A stretch of DNA of 64,000 nt, from assembly GCA_048571215.1 (NCBI GenBank), contig CP182352.1, forward strand, positions 1,216,001-1,280,000. Direction: 5' to 3'. This DNA comes from Halarcobacter sp. (lineage in GTDB: Bacteria; Campylobacterota; Campylobacteria; Campylobacterales; Arcobacteraceae). Position 1 is the stretch's first letter. Each line of letters opens with the position of its first letter. Made by a program: the position numbers and the translations under genes. Shown piece by piece: positions 47,941 through 57,274 of this stretch. Below the pieces are notes generated by a model. That model was not told the origin of the DNA. It ran no database searches and worked only from the letters and a program-made list of their open reading frames with translations.

Positions 47941-48999
47941 TTATCCCAAAAAGCTTTCTATTTTTTCTGTTATGGTTTTTTTATCTTGTCCATTTAAAAA
48001 CCCATAAGCTAAAGCAGCCCCTGCTCCAACCCCCTCTTTTGCTTCTCCACTATCATAAAGTTTTAGTGCAGGATGGCTTGATAAAGCAAAATCAAAATCA
48101 GCATAATAAGCATTTAGTTTAAAATCAAGCATCTCCAAAAGAGCTTTGATATCACTATTTTTATCATCATATACCCACTTTGTAGTACATAAAGATAAGT
48201 TAGAAGTTTCAAACTCTGCTTCCATAGTTTTTAATACGGCATTTACTATTAGAAGGATACAAGCCATTTGAGTTCCACCTGCTAAGATCACTTTTAGTTT
48301 ATTGTTTAAGCCTAAAATAACTCCAGCATAAAATACAAGCATATTATCTGCAACTTTACTAAGTACTGAAAATAGATCATCCTCTTTTGAAATATTTTCC
48401 AAGGCTTTGTTGATAGTTGTATCTCTAATACTATTTGGAACCTCTTTAAATGAACTACTAAACATCTCTTTACACTTATATCCCAATGCCAAAGCAGTTG
48501 CAGTTGCTGTTGTTGTTCCACTTGGAACTGATTCTGCTAAGATTAGATAATCATCTTTTAACTCATAAGCTTGTCCAAATGCTAATCCTTTTTGAAACAC
48601 ATCCATTGCGTCTATGTTTGCACCCTCAACAATTGATTTTGATGGTTCTATTTGCATATTGTGTATTTTGAAGTATTCTAGTTTTGGTTTTACTTCTATA
48701 CCTAAATCAAGGAGTTCTATATTTGAAAAAGGGTTTAGAAGATGAACTGCTCTTGTTATAAGTGCAGGAGTAGGAACACCTTTTGGTGTTTTTGCAACAT
48801 CCTCTAAACTTCTTACCTCTCCACTACATAAAAACTCACTATCTAGTGTGGGGGTTAGATATATTTGACCTGGAATTCCAGCTTGTGTAATCCCTTCTAT
48901 ATTGGCAGTTGCAGTATTGCTCATAGCTAAAATATATGTTGCTTTTTTACCTCGCAAACTTTCAACAAAATCTATATTTCCAATTATACTTTTTATCAT
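47941..48999 (-). CDS. cobT: Lower-ligand phosphoribosyltransferase, archaeal/cyanobacterial-type CobT
   Basis: GITQAG, TPALITRA, ESVPSGTTTA, AGGTQM and KEGVGAG. Confidence 0.85.
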   Translation of the reverse strand: MIKSIIGNIDFVESLRGKKATYILAMSNTATANIEGITQAGIPGQIYLTPTLDSEFLCSGEVRSLEDVAKTPKGVPTPALITRAVHLLNPFSNIELLDLGIEVKPKLEYFKIHNMQIEPSKSIVEGANIDAMDVFQKGLAFGQAYELKDDYLILAESVPSGTTTATATALALGYKCKEMFSSSFKEVPNSIRDTTINKALENISKEDDLFSVLSKVADNMLVFYAGVILGLNNKLKVILAGGTQMACILLIVNAVLKTMEAEFETSNLSLCTTKWVYDDKNSDIKALLEMLDFKLNAYYADFDFALSSHPALKLYDSGEAKEGVGAGAALAYGFLNGQDKKTITEKIESFLG

Positions 49000-49032
49000 T
49001 TTCTTTCCTATAAAATTTTTATATCTTTTTTA

Positions 49033-49887
49033 TTAAACTGTTTTATCTATTATTTGGAATTTCTTTAAATACTCGCTGTAATCTTTTTTAGTATTTTTAT
49101 ATATTCTTTGTAAAGAGTAATACAAACAAGAATATAAAAGATAATCCTTTATTCTTTTCTTTTCTATACTCTTGTTTGTATATTTGTTATAAGTATTAAG
49201 TATATATTCAAAATAGCAGATATTGAATCTCATATTTTCAAAACACCAACTTATAACAACAACTGCAATATCAAAGAGTATATTACCAAAACAAGACTGT
49301 GTAAAGTCATATACACCACTAAGTTTTCCATCTATAAACTTTACATTATCAGGGAAAAGATCACCATGAATTAAAGCTTCGCTTTTAGTATCTATATCTT
49401 TTACTTTTAAATACTTTTGTGTTATTTGCTTTTTTAGGCTACTGTTTGATAAAGAAAAAAGCATCGTTTCAAAGTTTTGTTTTGAGTAAACATCTTTTTT
49501 AGTAATTTTAATATCTTTTATAGAATGCAAACTTACTAAAAAAAGTGTTATTTGTTTTAGATGATTTTTTGTAATACTTTGTATAACATCCCCTTCAATA
49601 TATGAAAGAAGTGTTATTGGTCTATTGTTGTAAAGGTTTATTTTTTTTGATAGTACATTTGGAACATTTAAATTTTTTATTGAATTTAAAATCTCTATTT
49701 GATTTTCTACATCTTTTATTGATGCATCTTCATATAGCTTAAATATATATTTTTTTGTATTAGAAATTCCAATATATGTTGTATCACTAATACCTGATGA
49801 GGTTCCCACAATAGAATTAAAGCTTACATTTTCATCTACAATTAAGTTATTAATTTCATTTAATGTGAGTCTAGTTAATACACCCAA
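49033..49887 (-). CDS. APH-fold kinase resembling type II homoserine kinase, first gene of the cobT-cobU operon
   Basis: GISDTTY, IHGDLFPDNV, GVYDF and FDIA...SW. Confidence 0.8.
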   Translation of the reverse strand: MGVLTRLTLNEINNLIVDENVSFNSIVGTSSGISDTTYIGISNTKKYIFKLYEDASIKDVENQIEILNSIKNLNVPNVLSKKINLYNNRPITLLSYIEGDVIQSITKNHLKQITLFLVSLHSIKDIKITKKDVYSKQNFETMLFSLSNSSLKKQITQKYLKVKDIDTKSEALIHGDLFPDNVKFIDGKLSGVYDFTQSCFGNILFDIAVVVISWCFENMRFNICYFEYILNTYNKYTNKSIEKKRIKDYLLYSCLYYSLQRIYKNTKKDYSEYLKKFQIIDKTV

Positions 49888-50012
49888 GAATTAAAACCTT
49901 CTTTTTTAGTATTATTATATCGAAACAAGCTATATAGAAGTGTTAAAAGCAACTACTATGTGAAGATTTATTATAATTTGCAATTCAAAATAAAATAAAG
50001 GTTTATAAGAGA

Positions 50013-50762
50013 ATGCAAATAGCTATTTTATCTGATATAGATTCAAATGTTTATGCACTGCAAGAGCTAATAAAAGATATCAAAAGTAGAAATATTGAAG
50101 TGGTTTTAAACCTTGGAGATATGTTTTATGGTCCAATTGCACCAAGAGCTACTTATGATTTGATAAGAGAGAGTAAGTTTATAAATATCTGTGGAGATCA
50201 AGATAGAAAAATATTAGAGGCAAGTTTAGACCAACTAGAAAAAAATCCTACTTTGAAATATGTATACGAAGACTTGGGTGAAGAGGTTTTATACTGGATT
50301 CAAGATTTACAGTTTGAAAAGATAATTGGTGGTACATATTATATGATTCATGGAACTTATTTTGATGATACCCAATATCTATTAGAGGATGTTTCATCTG
50401 GTGAAGTTAAACTAAGAAGTGATGAAGAGATTATAAGATTAACAGACAATATTGAAACACCTTTTATTTTTTGTGGACATTCTCACCTACCAAGAGTTCA
50501 TAAACTAAATACCGGACAAATAGTAATAAACCCAGGTTCTGTAGGACTACAAGCATATGAAGATGAACTTCCAACTAAACATAAAATGGAAAACCATACG
50601 CCTGATGCTTCGTATACAATTCTTACAGTTGAAGATAATCAATACAGTATTGAGCAAGTAAGAGTTGCCTATGATTTTGAAAAAGCTGCAAAAAAAGCAG
50701 AAGAAAATGGAAGAGTTGATTGGGCTTATGCACTAAGAACGGGTAGTTTAAAAAATAAATGA
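50013..50762 (+). CDS. Calcineurin-like metallophosphoesterase with altered motifs
   Basis: SDIDSN, LGD, GDQD, HG, GHSH and NPGSVG; its stop overlaps the cobD start (ATGA). Confidence 0.8.
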   Translation: MQIAILSDIDSNVYALQELIKDIKSRNIEVVLNLGDMFYGPIAPRATYDLIRESKFINICGDQDRKILEASLDQLEKNPTLKYVYEDLGEEVLYWIQDLQFEKIIGGTYYMIHGTYFDDTQYLLEDVSSGEVKLRSDEEIIRLTDNIETPFIFCGHSHLPRVHKLNTGQIVINPGSVGLQAYEDELPTKHKMENHTPDASYTILTVEDNQYSIEQVRVAYDFEKAAKKAEENGRVDWAYALRTGSLKNK

Positions 50763-51769
50763 AAAAATTTGAACATGGGGGAGATATAAACTCTTTTGCA
50801 AAAGAATTAGAGTGTAAGTTAGAAGAGATAATTGATTTGTCTTCAAATATAAACTTCTTAAAACCAAAACTTGATATTGATTTTAATAAACTCTCAATAT
50901 CATCATACCCAAATTATGAAAAGTTATATAAAACAATAGCAAAGCATTATAAAGTAAAAAAATCAAACCTAGAGCTTTTTAATGGTGCTAGCAGCGCTAT
51001 TTTCTCTTTATTTGATGCTTTGGGTCTAAAAGAGTGTTTTATCTATTCTCCTGCTTATTTAGAGTATAAAAAAGCAGCAAGAGTTTTTAACTATAAAATA
51101 AATTTAATTGATAGATTTGAAAATAAAAATCAAAAAATCAAAAAAGCTTCACTTATAGTATTTATAAACCCATCAACTCCTGATGGGAAATACTATAACT
51201 TGGAAGAGTTGTTGAAATTATGGATAAAAAAAGAGTGTACTATTTTAGTTGATGAAAGCTTTTTGGAGTTTACAAATAAAAAATCAATAACAAAATATAT
51301 AAATGAATATGACAAACTATATATTCTAAAATCTATGACAAAATTCTACTCTTGTGCTGGGGTTAGAGTTGGTACAATAATCTCTTCAAAAAACAATATC
51401 AAAAAACTAAGAGAAAAAGAGCCTTTATGGAAACTTTCTACTTATGATATGAATTATATACTTGAAGTTCTAAAAGATAAAAAATTTGTAAATAAAACTA
51501 TCGAAAAAAACAATAAAAATAAAGCCTATTTGCAAGAGGTTTTATCTTCATATAGCTTCATAGAAAAAGTATATAAAAGTGATGCAAATTTTTTACTTTT
51601 GAAGTTAAAAAATATTGATAGTAAAACTTTACAAAATCATCTAAAAAAATATAAAATCATGGTAAGAGATTGTTCAAATTTTGATTTTTTAGATTCTTCT
51701 TTTGTAAGAGTTGCTGTTAAAAACAAAGCCTCAATCAGAGCTTTAAAATATGCTTTGGATAGGATTTAA
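50759..51769 (+). CDS. cobD: L-threonine(serine)-O-phosphate decarboxylase
   Basis: HGG start, DLSSNIN, NPSTPDG, VDESF and PLP lysine in SMTKFY. Confidence 0.88.
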   Translation: MKKFEHGGDINSFAKELECKLEEIIDLSSNINFLKPKLDIDFNKLSISSYPNYEKLYKTIAKHYKVKKSNLELFNGASSAIFSLFDALGLKECFIYSPAYLEYKKAARVFNYKINLIDRFENKNQKIKKASLIVFINPSTPDGKYYNLEELLKLWIKKECTILVDESFLEFTNKKSITKYINEYDKLYILKSMTKFYSCAGVRVGTIISSKNNIKKLREKEPLWKLSTYDMNYILEVLKDKKFVNKTIEKNNKNKAYLQEVLSSYSFIEKVYKSDANFLLLKLKNIDSKTLQNHLKKYKIMVRDCSNFDFLDSSFVRVAVKNKASIRALKYALDRI

Positions 51770-51771
51770 AA

Positions 51772-52659
51772 TTGTATTTTTCTCTTGCATTAATTGCTTA
51801 TATTATAGACTATTTTTTTGCAGAATTTGAGAAAATAAAGTATCTAAAACATCCTATAATTTATATGGGAGATTTTATTAAATGGTTTGAAAACAGATTC
51901 TACTTGGATAATGTTTTTAGAGGGTTTATACTTACACTAAGTTTACTTTGTATAGTGTTTACTATTACTTTTGCTTTAACATATGTGGATAATATATTTT
52001 TTCAAGGTTTTCTTTGTTCTTTTGCTATTTCATCAAATATGCTTTATAAAAGTGTACAAAATGTAATACAATCAGATAATCCAAAATATGCAATCTCTAT
52101 GCTAGTAAGTCGTGATACAAAAGATATGAATGACAGCGATATAAATAAAGCTTGTATAGAAACTTATGCTGAAAATTTAAGTGATGGTGTTATCGCTCCA
52201 CTTTTTTATATACTTTGTTTTGGTCTTATTGGAGCTTTTATTTATAAAGCAATAAATACTTTAGATTCTATGGTTGGATATAGAAATAAAAGGTATGAAA
52301 AGTTTGGAAAATTTTCTGCAAAACTTGATGATGTAGCAAATTATATTCCAGCTAGAATAACAGCACTTTTAATTGCCCTACTTTTCTTTTCAAAAAAAGC
52401 TTTTTTACAGTTTCAAAAATATGGTAAAAAACATGAAAGTTTAAATGCCGGATTACCAATATCAGCTATGGCTCTAAGTTTAAATATAAAACTTGGGGGT
52501 CCAACTTCATATTTTGGGAAAATTAAAGATAAACCTTACTTTGGTGATGGAAAAGTGAATATTGAAAAAAGAGATGTAAAAAAAGCCTTAGATATAAAAC
52601 CAAGGCTCGATATATTTATTTTGTTAGTTTTATTTTTGTTTACTATTTTTTCTTATTAG
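51772..52659 (+). CDS. cbiB: Adenosylcobinamide-phosphate synthase
   Basis: HPI, VSRDT, AENLSDGVIAP and NTLDSMVGY. Confidence 0.95.
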   Translation: MYFSLALIAYIIDYFFAEFEKIKYLKHPIIYMGDFIKWFENRFYLDNVFRGFILTLSLLCIVFTITFALTYVDNIFFQGFLCSFAISSNMLYKSVQNVIQSDNPKYAISMLVSRDTKDMNDSDINKACIETYAENLSDGVIAPLFYILCFGLIGAFIYKAINTLDSMVGYRNKRYEKFGKFSAKLDDVANYIPARITALLIALLFFSKKAFLQFQKYGKKHESLNAGLPISAMALSLNIKLGGPTSYFGKIKDKPYFGDGKVNIEKRDVKKALDIKPRLDIFILLVLFLFTIFSY

Positions 52660-53592
52660 TAAATAAACAAATACAGGAGCACCAATAAATGAGGTTACAA
52701 CCCCAATAGGCAAGGTTGAAGCAGTATTTAGATTTCTAGCTATTAAATCAGAAACTACAAGAAATACACCTCCATAAAAAAACACAGGAAAAATTAATTT
52801 CTCTGCACTTTTTTTATATATGATTCTCATTGTATGAGGGATAATAAGTCCTATAAAGCCAATAGGACCTACAAAACTAATACTGATACCAACAGCAATG
52901 GAAACAAAGATAAGCAGTGTTAGGTTGGTTTTATTGACATTTAGACCTTTTAAAAATGCCATATCATTTGAAATCAATAGTAATTTTATATTTTGTTTAT
53001 TTTTTAAAACTATAAATAAAAAGATAAGCGCAGTTATAAAAACAACTATAGGGGTATTAAACCCTACAATATCTAAACTTCCAAGGGTAAATCTTATAAT
53101 TGAATAATTCTCTTGTAAATTACTTAGATAAAAAACCAACATCAAAGCTGAAGAATAAAAAAATGACAAGGCGATACCTATAAGTAAAATAGAGTTTGTA
53201 GAGTTTAAAATTTGGTTTTTATTTATAATCCTTGAGATAAGGTATAAAATCATTATAGTAAAAAAAGAGCCTAAAATACCAGAGATATATAAAGCAACTG
53301 TGGGCAAAAAGACTATTGAAACAGCCGTAAAAAGTGTTGTACCGCTGGCAATTCCAAGAGTATAAGGGGTTATCAAAATATTTTTAAAAATAGTTTGAAA
53401 GATTAAGCCACTAAGACTTAAAATACCACCAACAAAAAATGCTAAAATTATTCTAGGAACCCTTAAATCCCAAAATATCATATGTGAGGTTGTAGAACTA
53501 TCAAAGATATCTGAAACTTCTATTGAGTTCTCTCCTATAAAAGGTGAAAGTACTATTATAGATAAAAATAAAAGATATAGTAAATACTTCAT
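52630..53592 (-). CDS. btuC: FecCD/BtuC-type ABC permease
   Basis: LRVPR, PYTLGIASG and GPIGFIGLIIPH; cob context. Confidence 0.85.
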   Translation of the reverse strand: MKYLLYLLFLSIIVLSPFIGENSIEVSDIFDSSTTSHMIFWDLRVPRIILAFFVGGILSLSGLIFQTIFKNILITPYTLGIASGTTLFTAVSIVFLPTVALYISGILGSFFTIMILYLISRIINKNQILNSTNSILLIGIALSFFYSSALMLVFYLSNLQENYSIIRFTLGSLDIVGFNTPIVVFITALIFLFIVLKNKQNIKLLLISNDMAFLKGLNVNKTNLTLLIFVSIAVGISISFVGPIGFIGLIIPHTMRIIYKKSAEKLIFPVFFYGGVFLVVSDLIARNLNTASTLPIGVVTSFIGAPVFVYLLIRKNSKQK

Positions 53593-54287
53593 AGGTTTAC
53601 CACCAAGTGACCATTTATTATTTGTAATGAATTATTGTATCTTTTAGTCAGGTTTTCTTTTTCAAAAAACTCTTCACACTCTCCAAAAAACTCGATTTTT
53701 CCATCTTGTAGATATAAGATTTTATATTTTAGATGATATGCAAGATCAAGGTTGTGTGTTATGATGATTTTTTGTTGTAGAAGGTTTGATTTAAAAAGTT
53801 CATAAACCTCTTTTACCCTTGATATATCCATATTTGCAGTTAATTCATCAAAGATGCTTATCTTTGCATTGTGTATCATACTAGAAGCTAATAACAATAG
53901 TTGTTTTTCACCACTACTTAATTGGATACAGCTTCTATTTTTTAAATGTTTTATTTTTGTATGTTCTATAACTGCATCAATTTTTTTATAATCTATTGAT
54001 TCAATAAATGAAAGCTCTAAAAATTCATATACAGTAAGGTATTCATCAAAAACTTCTAGTTTTGGTGGAATATAGTTTATATATTTTACCCTTTGTTGAT
54101 TATTTAACTCTGAGATGTTTTGATTAAATAAAAAAACTTCTTTATTTGATAAAAGGTTTGATAAAACCTTTGCAAGTGTTGATTTACCAGCTCCATTTGA
54201 TCCTAAGATTATTAGGTTTTCATCCTCTTTTAAATGGAAGCTTATATTTTTTAAAATCAAATTAGAGTAATTAGTTATTTTTAACAT
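53589..54287 (-). CDS. btuD: ABC ATPase of the corrinoid importer
   Basis: GSNGAGKST, LSSGEKQ, FDE and ITH. Confidence 0.82.
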   Translation of the reverse strand: MLKITNYSNLILKNISFHLKEDENLIILGSNGAGKSTLAKVLSNLLSNKEVFLFNQNISELNNQQRVKYINYIPPKLEVFDEYLTVYEFLELSFIESIDYKKIDAVIEHTKIKHLKNRSCIQLSSGEKQLLLLASSMIHNAKISIFDELTANMDISRVKEVYELFKSNLLQQKIIITHNLDLAYHLKYKILYLQDGKIEFFGECEEFFEKENLTKRYNNSLQIINGHLVVNL

Positions 54288-55101
54288 CTATTAGTATCTT
54301 TTTAAAATCGTTTATAAAGTTTACCACTCTATTGCTTGGAATTCCCGCATATTCTTTGTCTATGATATATATATCCTTGTTTTTACTTGCATTAATTGGC
54401 AGTTTATACCAGATATTTTTTAATTGTTCTTTTGAGATGTTTTCTTTGTTTATATATGGGGCTAATAAAACTATAACATCGGGATTCATATGTATAATTT
54501 TTTCTACATTTACAACAGGTTGTGCAAAATTATTTGCCATATATGCATTTGTATTACCTGAGGTTTTGATAATATCATTAAAATATAGGTTATTGCCTGC
54601 AATATAAATAGTTGAATTCAAATCAAGTTTGGGACTAATTACAACCATAAATTTTTTATTGTTTATTATATTTTTTAGTTGTTTTAAGGAATTGTCTATT
54701 TGATTTATTAATTCTGTTGCTTTTTTTTCTTTCTTTAGGATATCTCCAATTTTTTTAATAGTTGTTTTTATAGAGTTTAGATTATCTGTTTTAAAACTGT
54801 AAAATTTTAGATTTAGTTTTTTTAAATTTTTTAGTATCTCTTCATCATAGTTTTGAGCTAAAACAATTGTTGGTTTGGCTAGAAGTATCTTTTCTAAAGA
54901 GATTGTAGAATATCCCCCTACTTTAGGTATAGTTTTTGATTCTTCAGGAAAATTACTATACATGGTATTTGCAACAATCTCTTTACCACTTCCCAAGGCA
55001 AAAACTATCTCATTTAATGAAGGGGAAAGAGTTACTATTCTTTCCCCTGCATAAAGGTTAAAACTAAAAAAAGATATAAGTATTACTAAAATTTTTTTCA
55101 T
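54271..55101 (-). CDS. btuF: Periplasmic corrinoid-binding protein
   Basis: RIVTLSPSLNE, LEKIL..KP and NPDVI. Confidence 0.85.
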   Translation of the reverse strand: MKKILVILISFFSFNLYAGERIVTLSPSLNEIVFALGSGKEIVANTMYSNFPEESKTIPKVGGYSTISLEKILLAKPTIVLAQNYDEEILKNLKKLNLKFYSFKTDNLNSIKTTIKKIGDILKKEKKATELINQIDNSLKQLKNIINNKKFMVVISPKLDLNSTIYIAGNNLYFNDIIKTSGNTNAYMANNFAQPVVNVEKIIHMNPDVIVLLAPYINKENISKEQLKNIWYKLPINASKNKDIYIIDKEYAGIPSNRVVNFINDFKKILIDVKNN

Positions 55102-57002
55102 TAGAATTTAATCTTTACTCCCGCGTAATATGTTCTTTCGAAGTTTACTGGATATATTGCATCATCTTTTATCCAAAGTCCATTTGTTTCATCAAATATA
55201 TTTTGAATTTTTGCAAAAAGTTCTATATTCTTATAGTTATAAGTTAAACTTAAATCTGTAGAGTTATAAGCTTCTTGTTTTTGTGTAAAGTTATTTGCAA
55301 AATCATTCTCTGCATAAGCACTACTTCTATAAGTGTGTGATAACAATGCCTCTAGTTTTTTATAAGTATATCCAAGATTCACTGTAAGATTATGTTTTGA
55401 TACCCCTGGTAAATCTTTGCCGTTATATGTTCCATTACCATCATCTTCATTATCTATCTTAGAGATGATATATGAATAGTTTAATGAAGTGTATAGATTG
55501 TCATTTAAAAGATATTTATCGTATAGTTCAATACCATATTTATGAGATTTATCAATATTTGTATTATATGAAGTTAAGTAATCGCCTGTATTATAATAAT
55601 AAATCTCATTTTTTAAATTACTTCTAAAAAGAGTTACTTTTAATTTGTTAGATTTTTGAATATTTGTATATCCAATATTATAATTATCTACTTTTGCAGG
55701 TTTTATAAAACCATTAAATGAACCATATGTAAAAAATCTATCGATATCTGGTGCTTGAAAAGATTTGTTATAGTTTGCAAAAATAGAGTTTGATTCATCA
55801 AATCTGTAGTTTAAACCTATATCGTAAGCATTTAAAGATAATTCATCATCTAGTCCTGTCCCACTTGTAGGAGCATATTTATATTCTACTTTCTCTTTTC
55901 TAGCACCTGCTGATAAAGTAGTTTTATTATTTAGATAGTATTCTATTGAAGTGAAAATAGCTTTGTTGTCTTTTGATGTTGTATCATATGAACCAAGTCT
56001 ATCTCCTATAAAAGAATCAACTCCAATTACCGCACTGTAATTATCTTTTTTAATATTTAATTTTGAGTTTATTGAACGATATTCATAATCTGATTGATAT
56101 CCTGACGAGTATCTACTTAATTTATCTTCATCAGAAAAATTAAAATTAAAGGAGTAGTTTTTGTTTATATTATATGTAAATCCAGCATCAGTTACATATG
56201 AATTAAAATATTGCTCCGTAAAAGATGAAGCTTGTGTTGGATTTTGATTGTATTGATCAAGTGTTAAAGAACCACCATATTTTATATTCATATTAGAATA
56301 ACTTCTTGCTGCTCTAATTTCTAGATTATTTGTTGGAAAGTATGTTATATCAAATTTCTTATTTCTATTATAATTGTTGTTTTTTTCTGTGTTATTTAGT
56401 TGTCTATCTCCATCACTTGATGTATAATCAATATAACCATTTATGATGAAGTTTTCATAGTTATAACCTAAACTAAGAGTTGTATTTTTTGTTCCATTAT
56501 TTCCAAAATATGTTTTTATGTAGTTGTCATTTTTTCCATTTGTTGTGATATTTATTGCACCTGCATTCGCACCATCACCATATTGTACAGAACCACTACC
56601 TTTAAGTATCTCTATTTTTTCAATAGAATCGATTGGAATTGCTGATAATAATTGTGTTTGCATATCAATATTATTTAGTTTTCTTCCATTTACTGTTATT
56701 ACTACATTTTGATATCCATCTCCAAGACCATAACCTCTTAAATCTATTTTTTGAGAAAAAGTATTACCATATGAAGGAGCAATATTTAAAGACGTTTGCG
56801 AATTTAGAAAGTCATATAAGTCTTTTGATTTAGCACTTTGTATCTCTTTTTTGGTATAAATCTCTGTTGCGTATGTTGTATTTTTTTCATCAGTTTTGAT
56901 TAAAGATGAAGTAATTGTTACAGATGATAGTTCATAAGAGTATAGATTTGTTGCTAAAAGAAGTGAAGCAACTACACTTGGGTATATTGTTTTATTTTCC
57001 AT
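55101..57002 (-). CDS. btuB: TonB-dependent receptor, probable corrinoid receptor
   Basis: Plug motifs (DLRG, IEKIEILKGSGSVQYG), terminal F; heads the btuFDC operon beside cob genes. Confidence 0.8.
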   Translation of the reverse strand: MENKTIYPSVVASLLLATNLYSYELSSVTITSSLIKTDEKNTTYATEIYTKKEIQSAKSKDLYDFLNSQTSLNIAPSYGNTFSQKIDLRGYGLGDGYQNVVITVNGRKLNNIDMQTQLLSAIPIDSIEKIEILKGSGSVQYGDGANAGAINITTNGKNDNYIKTYFGNNGTKNTTLSLGYNYENFIINGYIDYTSSDGDRQLNNTEKNNNYNRNKKFDITYFPTNNLEIRAARSYSNMNIKYGGSLTLDQYNQNPTQASSFTEQYFNSYVTDAGFTYNINKNYSFNFNFSDEDKLSRYSSGYQSDYEYRSINSKLNIKKDNYSAVIGVDSFIGDRLGSYDTTSKDNKAIFTSIEYYLNNKTTLSAGARKEKVEYKYAPTSGTGLDDELSLNAYDIGLNYRFDESNSIFANYNKSFQAPDIDRFFTYGSFNGFIKPAKVDNYNIGYTNIQKSNKLKVTLFRSNLKNEIYYYNTGDYLTSYNTNIDKSHKYGIELYDKYLLNDNLYTSLNYSYIISKIDNEDDGNGTYNGKDLPGVSKHNLTVNLGYTYKKLEALLSHTYRSSAYAENDFANNFTQKQEAYNSTDLSLTYNYKNIELFAKIQNIFDETNGLWIKDDAIYPVNFERTYYAGVKIKF

Positions 57003-57018
57003 TTATTAATTTCCTTGT

Positions 57019-57204
57019 TTATATATTATTTGTTGAATAAAGCTTGATTGGTTTTAATTGTCTTGCATGAAGTGTTTTCATGATTTTTGGCAATAACTGA
57101 CTAATAATAGATAATATACTATTATTTATGGAGTTGATTTTTCTATTTACTGTTGCTATTAAAACACCAAAAAATGAGAAGTAGTTTTTTCTACATTTGA
57201 TCAT
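57019..57204 (-). CDS. Upstream small ORF (61 aa) in the btuB leader
   Basis: AAAGGAGGT Shine-Dalgarno 8 nt before ATG; TATAAT at 57241-57236; ends just before the btuB RBS. Confidence 0.5.
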   Translation of the reverse strand: MIKCRKNYFSFFGVLIATVNRKINSINNSILSIISQLLPKIMKTLHARQLKPIKLYSTNNI

Positions 57205-57274
57205 AACTGTTTACCTCCTTTACAAAATTTTTTGTATTATAGTAAAAAAGGTATAAATTTATAGAAAGTAGATT

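Noticed and set aside
57003..57241. Canonical cobalamin riboswitch upstream of btuB
   Set aside because: The GGGAA and B12-box (GACCUGCC) elements are not visible, so it is reported only as a candidate unusual leader.
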